DNA of 63,934 nucleotides, filler included, from Trichomonas gallinae (Eukaryota): NCBI GenBank assembly GCA_008369845.1. It is 9 parts of 9 records of this genome, joined end to end, with 100 filler letters (N's around TTAATTAATTAA, not from the genome) between each part and the next. Parts side by side here need not be neighbours in the genome. Positions count along the whole stretch, not along the records: positions 1 to 29,245 come from MRSU01000667.1; 8 more parts are not named here. One strand, 5' to 3'. Shown piece by piece: positions 10,868 to 20,803 of this stretch (position 1 is its first letter; each line of letters starts with the position of its first letter). The notes under the pieces were generated by a model. It saw only the letters and a program-made list of their open reading frames with translations, ran no database searches and was not told where the DNA came from. The position numbers and the translations under genes were made by a program.

Positions 10868-11513
10868 TATTAAAAATATATATGGTGTCTCCCCCTAATT
10901 TTTAGATCTTTTCTAAACTTTCTTGAAAACATGAATTTAAATATCAAAACGAATTATATAATGAAAAATCCCAAAATTTCCCATTGATCCTAAAAGTTGA
11001 GAAATGGAATAAAAGGAATTTATCAAGAATTGAGATTTGAAATATATACTTTGAGAATAATTATATCCTAGCTTTTCATGACTCAATTAAAAGATTTCTC
11101 GATTTTTATATTTGTCCATGAAGAACATGAAATTAGATATATATTTTGGAATATTATAGATTTAAACAGGAATTTTGCATTAATTGTAAAATCGAAAAAA
11201 ATGATATTATCAAATCTTAGGAATTGAAATTTCAAATGCATTGACTCTATCTAATCACTGGATGAATTAAATAAGATCATTCGAACGAATTTGATTTCGA
11301 TTTTGTTGAAATTTTATTTATTTTCCGTTGTATTATGCATGTATTATTTATTCTTTATTTAAAAAATGCAAAAATAAGCTAATATTATGAATTAATTTTG
11401 AACCACCGGTTTTTCGATTGATATGCAACCACAGACGATTGCTAAAGTTAAATATGCAGTAAGCGAAGGGATCCAAGGCAAGTGAAGTGGGATAAAAATT
11501 GACAAAGGCTTCA

Positions 11514-14135
11514 ATGGCAGATAATGAGTATAGCCTTGAATACTGGCAGCAGCAGTATCAAAACTTTGTAACCAGGCACAAGGAAATCGAAGACCAAATC
11601 AGTACCCTCAAGGAACTGTCTGTTGGTTCTGCCGAAAAATTTGAAAAATACAAATCTGAAAACGAACAATACGAAGCCGACATTCGCAAAATCATGGAAG
11701 AGGCAAAGACACACATCGAAGGTCTGCAATACAAAGGAATGCCCGATCATGAGATAGAAAATAAGATTATCAAGGCTCAAATTATCCTTAGAAAGCTCTG
11801 GGATATGGCGAAAGAGCTCAAAGATAGGCGCGAAAAAATCTTGAAAGAATGCCAAAACCACGAGAACCAAGCAAAGTCTTTTTCAGAGCAATGCGAACCC
11901 ATCGTCAAAGAAACACTCGATAACGCCTCTAAAACTTCATCGAACTCCAGGCTTCTCAAGCGAAATATTTTGCATTACGAGTGCCAGCAGTTTTCAAATA
12001 AAATGGAATCAGATATTAAAATTCTTCAGGAAAAAACAACGAAACTCAACTCATCGACACAGTCTAAAATCCTTTCTGCCAAGCTTATCACTCAGGAGGC
12101 TCAGGCGAAAGCATTATATCTCAAAAGAGAATTACTCACTTCAACAGATCCAACCGAGCAGTATAACCTGGCATTTGCAATCCAGGCTCACTGCAACTAC
12201 ATGAATGAAAGCCTTCTTCCACTCATTCCGAACTACGAGCCAATTATCGCAAATTCCCAGAACATCGCCAACTCACTCTATTCCGACGCGAATCGCATCA
12301 TAGAATTGATCAAGAAGTATATCTCCGGGTTCACAGTCCTCGAGCAGGTATATTCCGGCGTTTTGGGAATAACGGACAAAGTACTTCTCGAGCAGCAGTA
12401 TCTTCAATACCAATATAAAGAAACAGCAAACAAGAAAGGTGTTATCAACTCAGAACGCGATACAGCTAACGAAAAGATCCAAGAATATTCAAAGTTATAT
12501 GAAGACGAGCGCCGTAAGATTGAAACGCTCAAGAAGCGTCTCGATGATGAAAGGAAGCTTTCCAGCTATACGGAAAACCAACTTCAATACTTAATCGAAA
12601 ATGAATCTCGTGTTTCCGCCGAAAACGCCAACCGCGCACAAAGTGATACACTCTCCGAGTCTGCTGAGAAGCTTGTCAACTGCATCCACAAATTCATGAA
12701 CTCCCAGCGTCTTCCAAACATGCCTGCCAACGCTGGAGTTTCACAGGACTTTGTACAGAAGTTCGCTGAACTTAAGGCGAGTGTTAACCAACTTCTCAGC
12801 AACCAGCAGGCCCAGCGCTCTGAGAAACAGCGTTTGGAGCGTGCGAAGAAGCGCATCGAATTTGCTGAGGAACTCAAAGAGGCCAAAATCCAGATCTACA
12901 ACCCAGAGCTCATCTCTATCTACGACCCAGACACAATTAACATCGAGCACAACGCAAAAGAGTTCCAGCTGCAGATCATGGGCGGCGCGCCAGGTGCTCT
13001 CACAGAAGCACTCTTCAACCCATACGTCAAGGAACTGCTCTATTCAACGATATTCCTCCTTTACCTCTGCTACACTGACGAGAAGCCAATCAATATCCTC
13101 CAGCACTTCGCTAACATCCAGACGTTCGTTGCTGAAGCTCAAAGAGGCTCCACACTACAGTTGTACGAGAACATCTACATGGACAAGTACTACGTCAGAA
13201 AGTACCCACTTCCGGACTTCCCAGCACCAGATTTTGCCTTCGTTCTTAACACATACAACTCATACATCCACAACTGGCTAGTCTACAACCCCAGCGTGTT
13301 TAACACATCAGACGCACGCAACATCATGGAACTTATCAAGAGGTTCGTCCAGGAGAACACTACTAACGTCTCAGATGATATTGTCACACTTCTTTCATGC
13401 GTCGATGCACCAGAGAAACTCATCCGAACAGAAGCAGCACCACCAGCAGCAACTAAAGATGGCAATGATGTCGAAGCATGCTGCCAGGACTTCATGATCA
13501 AGGCTTTCAAGATCTACCTCGGCATCAACGTACGCGACTTCTTGTCATACACGATGAAGAGAGTCCAGGAGAAGGGAGATGACTACCATACAAGGATCAT
13601 GAGCCTCCGCCGCGAGTTGCAGACATTGATATACACAACAGTCGCTTCGGACAAGAAGGGCAAGTTAGTTCTGCTGCAGTGGTATCACGCGGCAGTCGAT
13701 GCTATCAAGAAGTACAACAACCACGAACTTTTTAGTGCCATTTCAGACGCAATCAAGAAGATGCCAGAAGAGTGGGTTGAGTCGAACACCAAGAAGTATG
13801 CAAAGGAGAAACTCCAGGATCTTGCAAACTGCAGAGTCGAGCTTCAGACTGCTCTCGACGAGTTCGAGAAGGTCAAACTCGAAGTCAAGGGAACAATGGT
13901 TCCATGTATCAACATCTTCGAGAAGAGAGTCTCGGAGATCGGCGAAGAATACTTGAAGAAGCCACCGTTCGTTCAGATGAGAGCGATCGCGCCAATCGTC
14001 AAATCATTCTTCTCCGCCAAGCGCGCAAACATCAAGTTCGTCATGCCGGTTGAGGATATGTCGAAGATTATCGGTCACTACCCGAAGACTATCACAGAGG
14101 AGGATCTTATGTCCGAGAAGAAGAAGAAGAAGTAA
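11514..14135 (+). CDS. Coiled-coil protein with divergent REM and RasGEF (CDC25)-like domains
   Basis: About 460 aa of heptad-rich sequence; REM-like LTEALFNP..YSTIFLLY and IHNWLVYNPSVF; CDC25-like KKYNNHELFSAISDAI and MVPCINIFEKRVSEIGE. First ATG at 11514 (the track start is TTG). Confidence 0.6.
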   Translation: MADNEYSLEYWQQQYQNFVTRHKEIEDQISTLKELSVGSAEKFEKYKSENEQYEADIRKIMEEAKTHIEGLQYKGMPDHEIENKIIKAQIILRKLWDMAKELKDRREKILKECQNHENQAKSFSEQCEPIVKETLDNASKTSSNSRLLKRNILHYECQQFSNKMESDIKILQEKTTKLNSSTQSKILSAKLITQEAQAKALYLKRELLTSTDPTEQYNLAFAIQAHCNYMNESLLPLIPNYEPIIANSQNIANSLYSDANRIIELIKKYISGFTVLEQVYSGVLGITDKVLLEQQYLQYQYKETANKKGVINSERDTANEKIQEYSKLYEDERRKIETLKKRLDDERKLSSYTENQLQYLIENESRVSAENANRAQSDTLSESAEKLVNCIHKFMNSQRLPNMPANAGVSQDFVQKFAELKASVNQLLSNQQAQRSEKQRLERAKKRIEFAEELKEAKIQIYNPELISIYDPDTINIEHNAKEFQLQIMGGAPGALTEALFNPYVKELLYSTIFLLYLCYTDEKPINILQHFANIQTFVAEAQRGSTLQLYENIYMDKYYVRKYPLPDFPAPDFAFVLNTYNSYIHNWLVYNPSVFNTSDARNIMELIKRFVQENTTNVSDDIVTLLSCVDAPEKLIRTEAAPPAATKDGNDVEACCQDFMIKAFKIYLGINVRDFLSYTMKRVQEKGDDYHTRIMSLRRELQTLIYTTVASDKKGKLVLLQWYHAAVDAIKKYNNHELFSAISDAIKKMPEEWVESNTKKYAKEKLQDLANCRVELQTALDEFEKVKLEVKGTMVPCINIFEKRVSEIGEEYLKKPPFVQMRAIAPIVKSFFSAKRANIKFVMPVEDMSKIIGHYPKTITEEDLMSEKKKKK

Positions 14136-14540
14136 TTAACATGAAATTTTATTATAATGTCAATTAACAATATCAGTTTATATTTTATTAAATAATTTTA
14201 CGATACACAATACTTTTTGCATTTTCCTGACAATATTATAGTTGAAAAATAAATCTTGTTGCAGAAGATCTACAATAAGGCAAAAAATCAAGTCACACAT
14301 ATCATGCCTAGCATATCAATATAAAATGTCTGTGAGTTATAAATTTGAGTCAAAATTTTTATTTAAAAGAAAAACTACTCGATTAGAAAATACTACGTTT
14401 GGTGGTCAATACATTGTTTGTACATTGTTCTATTTATGCATATTAGAAGCTCATAAAACCTTTGCATTTGGGAGAAATAAACGATTTTCAAAAATAGAGA
14501 TAATATTGTTTGTAAAGTGACAAATTGTCAAAAAATAATT

Positions 14541-15788
14541 ATGATAACTTTTTTAGCTTATTTCTATTCGAGTGTCTTGAATCAGGACAACATATTTCCG
14601 AAATTCAAATACAGAGGGAATGTGTCTATTGCTGATAAAGGATATTGGCGCCAATATAAAATATGTTTGCCGCCTTTTAATTGGTCCATGCCAAGAGGCC
14701 TTGACGCTAAGACAGAACGTATTTTCTGGAAGCAACCAGAGAATATGCGGCACTTTTTGGACACAAATAGCTCTTATCATTGCGGGATTATCCGAGTTGT
14801 TGCCAATGGCATTGTTAGCCAGCCATTTTCTCAGTTAACAAACATAACACACTTCAAAAATGCGATAAATCCACCTAAAAAATCAACAAATACAGATTAT
14901 GATTCTTTAGTTATCTTAACTGGACATTGGGGCCACTATTTTCAGCATTTCTTCGATAATATTGGACCACAACTCAGTCTAATGCATAGATTACTCGGAA
15001 ATCAAATCGTATATTATCCAGTTTTAGTAGATCTCGATACAAAACTATTCCCACGAGTTGCTCAGCTATGGCAAAAACTGCCTTTCCGTAAAGTTATTAA
15101 ATCAGAACGTGGAGATTGGTATTCCGCTAATAATTTGATATATATTGAATCATGTCCGATAGTGCATCCCGAATTCTTCAAAGATTTACGTGAAATGCTT
15201 TCTTTACCGGCTTTCCAACATAAATATGTAATATATTGTGGAAGATCATTAAAATCTACGTATTATCAACAAAGATATATCAAAAACCAAGACTTATTAC
15301 TAAAACTACTTGAAGAAAAGTACGGAGAAGATTTGATCGTTTATGATCATACAAAATATAATCTTAATGAAACCATTTTATTGTTTTCGAAAGCAAAATT
15401 GATTATTGGACCACATGGAGGAGCACTGTACAATCAGTTCTTCTCTAGCGCAGAAACTTATGTCGTCGAAATTTTACCTGTTAAACCTAACGGATTATAC
15501 CCAGATCAAACTACTCGCCGTGAGAAACCAACGTTTTCTCACATGTCTATTTGGTCAAACACGCAATTAATCGGCCAAACATTTTATCGATATTACGAAG
15601 TTACTAAAGACATAAACTTTGAAGTTGATCTTGCAAAGTTCTCAAAATTCTTGGATAAAGTCAATGCAGATATGGAATCTGATAATAATACCAGAAAAGA
15701 TGAACCAGAAAATAGATTTAGAAATGATGAACATAGAAATATACATAGAAATGATGAATCAGAAAATAGATTTAGAAATGATCTTTGA
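14541..15788 (+). CDS. Glycosyltransferase family 61 (DUF563)-like protein
   Basis: Hydrophobic N-terminus, WGHYFQHFFDN, FSKAKLIIGPHGGALYNQFF and VVEILP motifs. First ATG at 14541; AAAGTGAC at 14514-14521. Confidence 0.85.
   Translation: MITFLAYFYSSVLNQDNIFPKFKYRGNVSIADKGYWRQYKICLPPFNWSMPRGLDAKTERIFWKQPENMRHFLDTNSSYHCGIIRVVANGIVSQPFSQLTNITHFKNAINPPKKSTNTDYDSLVILTGHWGHYFQHFFDNIGPQLSLMHRLLGNQIVYYPVLVDLDTKLFPRVAQLWQKLPFRKVIKSERGDWYSANNLIYIESCPIVHPEFFKDLREMLSLPAFQHKYVIYCGRSLKSTYYQQRYIKNQDLLLKLLEEKYGEDLIVYDHTKYNLNETILLFSKAKLIIGPHGGALYNQFFSSAETYVVEILPVKPNGLYPDQTTRREKPTFSHMSIWSNTQLIGQTFYRYYEVTKDINFEVDLAKFSKFLDKVNADMESDNNTRKDEPENRFRNDEHRNIHRNDESENRFRNDL
15693..15782 (+). repeat. 27-bp coding minisatellite, about 3.3 copies
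   Basis: AGAAAAGATGAACCAGAAAATAGATTT / AGAAATGATGAACATAGAAATATACAT / AGAAATGATGAATCAGAAAATAGATTT / AGAAATGAT. Confidence 0.9.
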
Positions 15789-16193
15789 TATATTTGTTGT
15801 TGAAATAGATTGTTTGAATAAAATATATGTTATCATATGAGCGCTTTCTAATTTATTAATATTTAAAGTAATCATATTCAAATATAATATTGATTCAAAA
15901 TACAATTGAAATCCGGCTTCATCGTTTAAACAGTATTATCTAATCCTAACAATATAAATATATATCACATAAAGCTATATAATTACGGAAGATTATTAAA
16001 AAACATCGGATAATTGATCAAAATTTTTGCATAAATAAAATAAATGTAGCATGTGCATCTGAAATATGAAATAAAAATTATGAATAAAATTTTGAAAATT
16101 TAGACTAAAACATGTTAGAATATCAATGTACTATCAGTTTATAATCTATATATTAAGAAATTTCGGTGAAATATAACGAACAAATAAAATAAA

Positions 16194-16283
16194 GCAAATC
16201 CGAACGAGAGATTTCCAAGATCTGGCCTGGCAGACGAATTGCACACATCGAGGGAGACGCTATGATGTGCATGGCTCTGGCCA
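16194..16283. ncRNA. Candidate structured RNA or regulatory stem-loop, family unknown
   Basis: GC-rich island in very AT-rich intergenic DNA with nested complementary segments TGGCC/GGCCA, TGCACA/TGTGCA and AAATC/GATTT. Confidence 0.3.
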
Positions 16284-16328
16284 CTAAAATAAAAAAAAAT
16301 TGAGGGGCGATGGTCGGCCACTCACTCT

Positions 16329-16724
16329 ATGTCTGGTAAAGGACTTGGTGCTCAGGTTGGTGGAAAGGGCTCATGGCGCCGCAAAGTAAAGAAAGCTCCA
16401 ACAGGCGGACAGGCTGGTGATAAGGTTTGGCTCGCTGCTCAACGCCAGGGTTGCCGCGATATCGGTGAGATCGATTCCGCTTCCATCATCCTCGCCTCTC
16501 AGAACGATGGCCTCCAGTTCACAAAGCCAGAGCTCGCCATCGATATGCGCGCTAACACATACGTCCTCCGCGGCAAGCCAGAAAAGAAGCCACTCGTTGA
16601 ACTTCTTCAGGACATGCTCTCTGGAATGGGAATCAGCGCTAAGAAGCCAGAAGATGCCAAGGAGGAACTTGGTAATGTTGACAATGTTGATTTCTCCAAG
16701 CCAGAAGAAGAAAAGAAGGAGTAA
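16329..16724 (+). CDS. BTF3: Nascent polypeptide-associated complex beta subunit (BTF3/EGD1 family), 131 aa
   Basis: GGKGSWRRKVKK ribosome-binding motif and NAC domain (FTKPE...ANTYVLRGKPEKK); TCACT initiator immediately upstream. Confidence 0.9.
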   Translation: MSGKGLGAQVGGKGSWRRKVKKAPTGGQAGDKVWLAAQRQGCRDIGEIDSASIILASQNDGLQFTKPELAIDMRANTYVLRGKPEKKPLVELLQDMLSGMGISAKKPEDAKEELGNVDNVDFSKPEEEKKE

Positions 16725-17902
16725 ATTTATGATTACATAAACACCCCTGTTTTCAAAAGAAACATGTGTTAAAGATCTTCAACTAAATTGATAGACGTTA
16801 TACAAGTTCTCTTAATCATCAATTTTTTTTTCACAATCAAAATATAACATTTTTTTTCTATGATCCAACTTCAGACTTCCATAACAGGGCAATGTGCTAC
16901 TATGAGGATATATGTTAATATGCATTGATCCATATTGCAATAAATTCACTTTTTGATTGGAATTTTTGGAGAGAATCAAAAAAAGTAAACTGTTTTTCAT
17001 TATTAAAATATTTTCATTTTTTATAGTTAAGAGAAAAAATTTGAGAATAAAAATCAAGATTTGACTAACAATTTAACAGACAAAATATTTTATTTTAGGA
17101 GCTAATTATGATTTGCTTACAAAATTTATGATAAATATTATTAGCAAATTATGAATATATAATATAGGTATTAGGAAATATAGATATGTTGATTATGGTA
17201 AACTTAGAAAAACAAAAAGGATTTGTATCCTAAAAGGTCCAAAATTTAATAAATTGTTGTAGATTATATGCAAAGTCCAAAAAACTATGGAGTTAAAGGA
17301 TTATTGAAATGCCATTAACCTTATATAATCTATTAGAAGGTAACCTTATGAGATTATATATTAGATACGATGGAATTGTTTTTTTGATTTATGTAACTTC
17401 TTATTCATCAATATGATTCGATGATTAAGAGGTATCTATCCTCACATTAATAGTTTACCAAATAAGATTGCACAACTCCTAACTGCGAAAAATAACAATA
17501 ATTTTATATCTGATAATTAAGGATGTAAATCCAGCAACAGCAGCTGATCCAAAGAAACTTATCAGAAACTTATTTCACAGTCAACAAAATGTAAATTCAA
17601 CAGCGAAAACAAAATAAGGTTTGAAGATGGAGAAATTTTTTGTTCTTTATGCTCATCTCATGTAGTTCTATTAGTCACATGATGTAAAAAAATTGTTGAT
17701 TGAAAATTTTTGGTTAACAAAATATGATTATTATCAGACATAGATAAAGAAAAAGCAAAAATTAAGTAAAATCATTAACCGCGGTGCTACTCTCAAAAAA
17801 CGCGGTTAAAAAATAATATGCTCTATAATGAATATTCAACAAATTTTTTTCTCAAGGGTGGCAAAAACGGTTTTGCTGCAGTTTTGCCATCAGAAAGAAA
17901 TA

Positions 17903-18748
17903 ATGGCTTTAGCTGTTGTATCCGGCATCATCGGCTGCCTTGGCGGCGCTATGAAGATTGCTTCTGCATTCAAGACACAGTCAGCAACAACAATCGTTGG
18001 CTCTGGCACAGGAACAGGCTTTTTCAAGTTCTATTCCAACTCTGTTGTTGGCAACAGAGCTATGGCTGAGTCCTCCATGCCAGAATATCTCGATCGCATG
18101 ATCGCTAATATCATGAAAGAGCAATCCCCGATTGTTCAGGCTAACAAAGAAGCTATCAAGAATGAGCTTCAGGATATCAAGGACTTCGAGTCCTACGCTT
18201 GGGGCGACTGCGATAACATGGTTAACACAGTTACTTACAACAAGGCTTCTGGCTCACTCTTCCTTTATATCTACGTTTTCTCTCCATTCATCCACGAGCG
18301 CCGTGGCAACGGTGTTAAGGTTGCTAACATGAAGATCCACGTTGACTTCACACTTCCAAAGGACTGGATTATCGTTTCCAAGGTTAAGTCATCATTCTTC
18401 AAGTGCACAATGAACCAGGAAATCCAGTACCTTGATCAGAAGTCAGTTCAGATGAAGGATGTTATCGAGGCTATCTCCATCGCTGTTGCTCCAGCCGTCC
18501 TTGGTCTCGTCAAGCTCCCAGACCGCTTCATGGCTTGCCTTGATGCTATCATCCAGACACAGATGCAGAACCCAGATGCTGGCATCGTCACAGCTCCATC
18601 CGCTGAAGCTTCCGCCGCTGCCTACCAGCAGTTCCAGGATATGAGAACAGCTCAGGACAACTACGCTCAGAACGCACAGTCTGGCTTCCAGGATATCATT
18701 GGCTCTCTTGGTTCAATGGGCCAATCTACACCAGCCCCATCAAACTAA
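17903..18748 (+). CDS. Hypothetical protein with strong codon bias, 281 aa
   Basis: Codon usage (GCT, ATC, AAG, TTC, CTC) matches NAC-beta and RPL3 from ATG 17903 onward; the 25 upstream codons look like promoter DNA. Confidence 0.8.
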   Translation: MALAVVSGIIGCLGGAMKIASAFKTQSATTIVGSGTGTGFFKFYSNSVVGNRAMAESSMPEYLDRMIANIMKEQSPIVQANKEAIKNELQDIKDFESYAWGDCDNMVNTVTYNKASGSLFLYIYVFSPFIHERRGNGVKVANMKIHVDFTLPKDWIIVSKVKSSFFKCTMNQEIQYLDQKSVQMKDVIEAISIAVAPAVLGLVKLPDRFMACLDAIIQTQMQNPDAGIVTAPSAEASAAAYQQFQDMRTAQDNYAQNAQSGFQDIIGSLGSMGQSTPAPSN

Positions 18749-19098
18749 ATTAGTATCCTTTATTGATAGCTTAATATTCACTAACTTTTCAAAACCACTT
18801 AAAGTTACTTTGCAAATAAATATTTGGTTTTCACAACTTCCAACTTGTTACAAACATTATCGGAAATCAAATTATATCCGAATTAGCTCATTTTAATATA
18901 ATAAATTGAACACAAAACACATAACAAAATATTTTATCAACAAATTTTGATTGAAAGTTGTATAATAATATTTTTATAATATTTTTTTAACATGATACGA
19001 AAATTTGATGCGAAACAGACTTTGCATGCAGTGGGATGCCCACTGTTAAAAGCAAAAGCAACAATAACAGAAAAATAATCGTCGAAACCAAATAAAGA

Positions 19099-20541
19099 AT
19101 GTTTCCTTTCCTTCTCTTTGGCTCCTTTTCCACCGTCTATTTCGAGGACGAATTAGACGATGACTGGGAGCAGAGGTGGGTATACAGTAAGCATCGCCCT
19201 TCTAAGGGTGATGGTGTTATGGGTCAGTTCCAACTTACTGCAGGAAACTATTATGGCAATGCAGATATCCAAAAAGGCCTTCAGACAATCTCAGAGAGCG
19301 GTTATTATCAGATTACAAGCAAATTTAAGAAAGTTTTTAATACAACGGGAAAAACATTCGTCGTTCAATACACAGTAAAGTTCGAAGGAGGCTACGATTG
19401 CTCTGGTGCTTACATTAAGCTCCTCAGCAAGAATGAAAAGCCACTCAAATTCAATCCAAATACACCCTATAAATTAATGTTTGGTCCTGATGTTTGCGAA
19501 AAGAAGCAACACAAGCTTTATTTCTTCATAACAAGAAACGAGACATCTTATGATATACATAAATACATCGATGTTCCACATGATGAATTAACACATGCAT
19601 ACACATTAATTATCCAGCCAAACAAATCATACGAAGTACGCATTGACGGTGAGCCAGTTATTAGCGGTGAAAATATCAACATTGATTTCGAAATCGGCGG
19701 TCCGAAATATATTCCAGATCCAACAGATATGAAGCCAGTGGACTGGGACGACCGTGAAGAAATACCAGATCCAAACGACAAAAAGCCAGATGATTGGGAT
19801 GAAAGACCAACAATTCCAGATCCAGACGCTAGACAGCCACCAGAGTGGCGCGAATCTATCAAAGGCAAGTGGGTTCCACCGCAGATTAAGAATCCAGACT
19901 TCCTTGGCGTCTGGAAGCCAAAGATGATTCCAAATCCAAATTACAAAGGAGACTGGATTCCAAAGCAGATCCTCAATCCAGAGTTTATCGATGACCCAGA
20001 GTTCGGTGTTTGGGAAGATTTGGGCTTCATGGCCTTAGAAATCTTCCAGTCGAAGCCGGGCACGATTTTCGACAACTTTTTAGTTACAGATGATATCGCT
20101 TACGCTGAGAAGAAGCTTAGAGAGAACTTCCTCGTCCTTAGAGATGACGAGGCAGCTGCAATGAAGCGCTATCAGAGCGAGAAGCGTGCAGAGGAGGAAC
20201 TCCATAAGCTTAGACATAAGTCGGCGGAAGAAAAGACAGACGCCGACTTCTATTCTTCCTCTGTATCATCCAGCACATCGTCAACTGAAGATGACGGTGA
20301 AACAGATAGAAACTTCATCTTCTCTACATCTGAGCTCCCACCACAGCCAGTTGTTTCGGACTTCGAGTTCCCTTACAACTGCGACAACAACCCTTACTTC
20401 ATGAAGCAGGAGATGTTCGCACTTAACGTCGCTTCTAAGGAGGCTAGAGACAAGCTGCGTGAGAAGCGTGATAAGAACAGAGCGGAGAAGGAACTTAAAG
20501 AAGATTTTAACATGGGTGTCAAGGAAGAAACTGAATTATAA
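19099..20541 (+). CDS. Calreticulin-family ER chaperone, 480 aa
   Basis: Signal peptide, DCSGAYIKL, YKLMFGPDVC, three IPDP..KP.DWD and three G.W.P..I.NP P-domain repeats, GTIFDNFLVTDD, acidic tail ending ETEL. Confidence 0.95.
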   Translation: MFPFLLFGSFSTVYFEDELDDDWEQRWVYSKHRPSKGDGVMGQFQLTAGNYYGNADIQKGLQTISESGYYQITSKFKKVFNTTGKTFVVQYTVKFEGGYDCSGAYIKLLSKNEKPLKFNPNTPYKLMFGPDVCEKKQHKLYFFITRNETSYDIHKYIDVPHDELTHAYTLIIQPNKSYEVRIDGEPVISGENINIDFEIGGPKYIPDPTDMKPVDWDDREEIPDPNDKKPDDWDERPTIPDPDARQPPEWRESIKGKWVPPQIKNPDFLGVWKPKMIPNPNYKGDWIPKQILNPEFIDDPEFGVWEDLGFMALEIFQSKPGTIFDNFLVTDDIAYAEKKLRENFLVLRDDEAAAMKRYQSEKRAEEELHKLRHKSAEEKTDADFYSSSVSSSTSSTEDDGETDRNFIFSTSELPPQPVVSDFEFPYNCDNNPYFMKQEMFALNVASKEARDKLREKRDKNRAEKELKEDFNMGVKEETEL

Positions 20542-20803
20542 ATATTATACGTTTTTAATTTTAAATAATAAACATTTTAATCATATCAGTAGTAAACAAC
20601 AAACAATTTCCAATTCATTACACTATATCTTATTCTATAAACACACAAAATAAAATTTTATATATTTCGAATTTATACAAAATTCATTAAAAAATAATGT
20701 GATTTGATTTTTTTTCTAGAAGTTCTAATAAAACGAACGAAATCGATGAATGTGAACAAGAAAACAAAAATAGAAAAATTAAGTATAAAAAACAAACAAA
20801 ATT

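Noticed and set aside
14242..14520. Short intergenic ORFs (255-452, 14242-14520, 16812-17057, 22393-22650, 32491-32763, 52566-52763)
   Set aside because: Mostly non-ATG starts, F/I/K/L/N-rich composition typical of AT-rich noncoding DNA, and no motifs.
16226..16271. U1 snRNA or HDV-like ribozyme identity for the GC island
   Set aside because: It has CCTGGCAG and ATTGCAC but no ACTTAC 5' end or U1-70K loop; the HDV fold lacks the GG needed after P1.
19029..19045. CAGTGGG-ATG-CCCACTG hairpin as an iron-responsive element
   Set aside because: CAGTG lies in the stem rather than the loop, and the site is probably upstream of a short 5' UTR.
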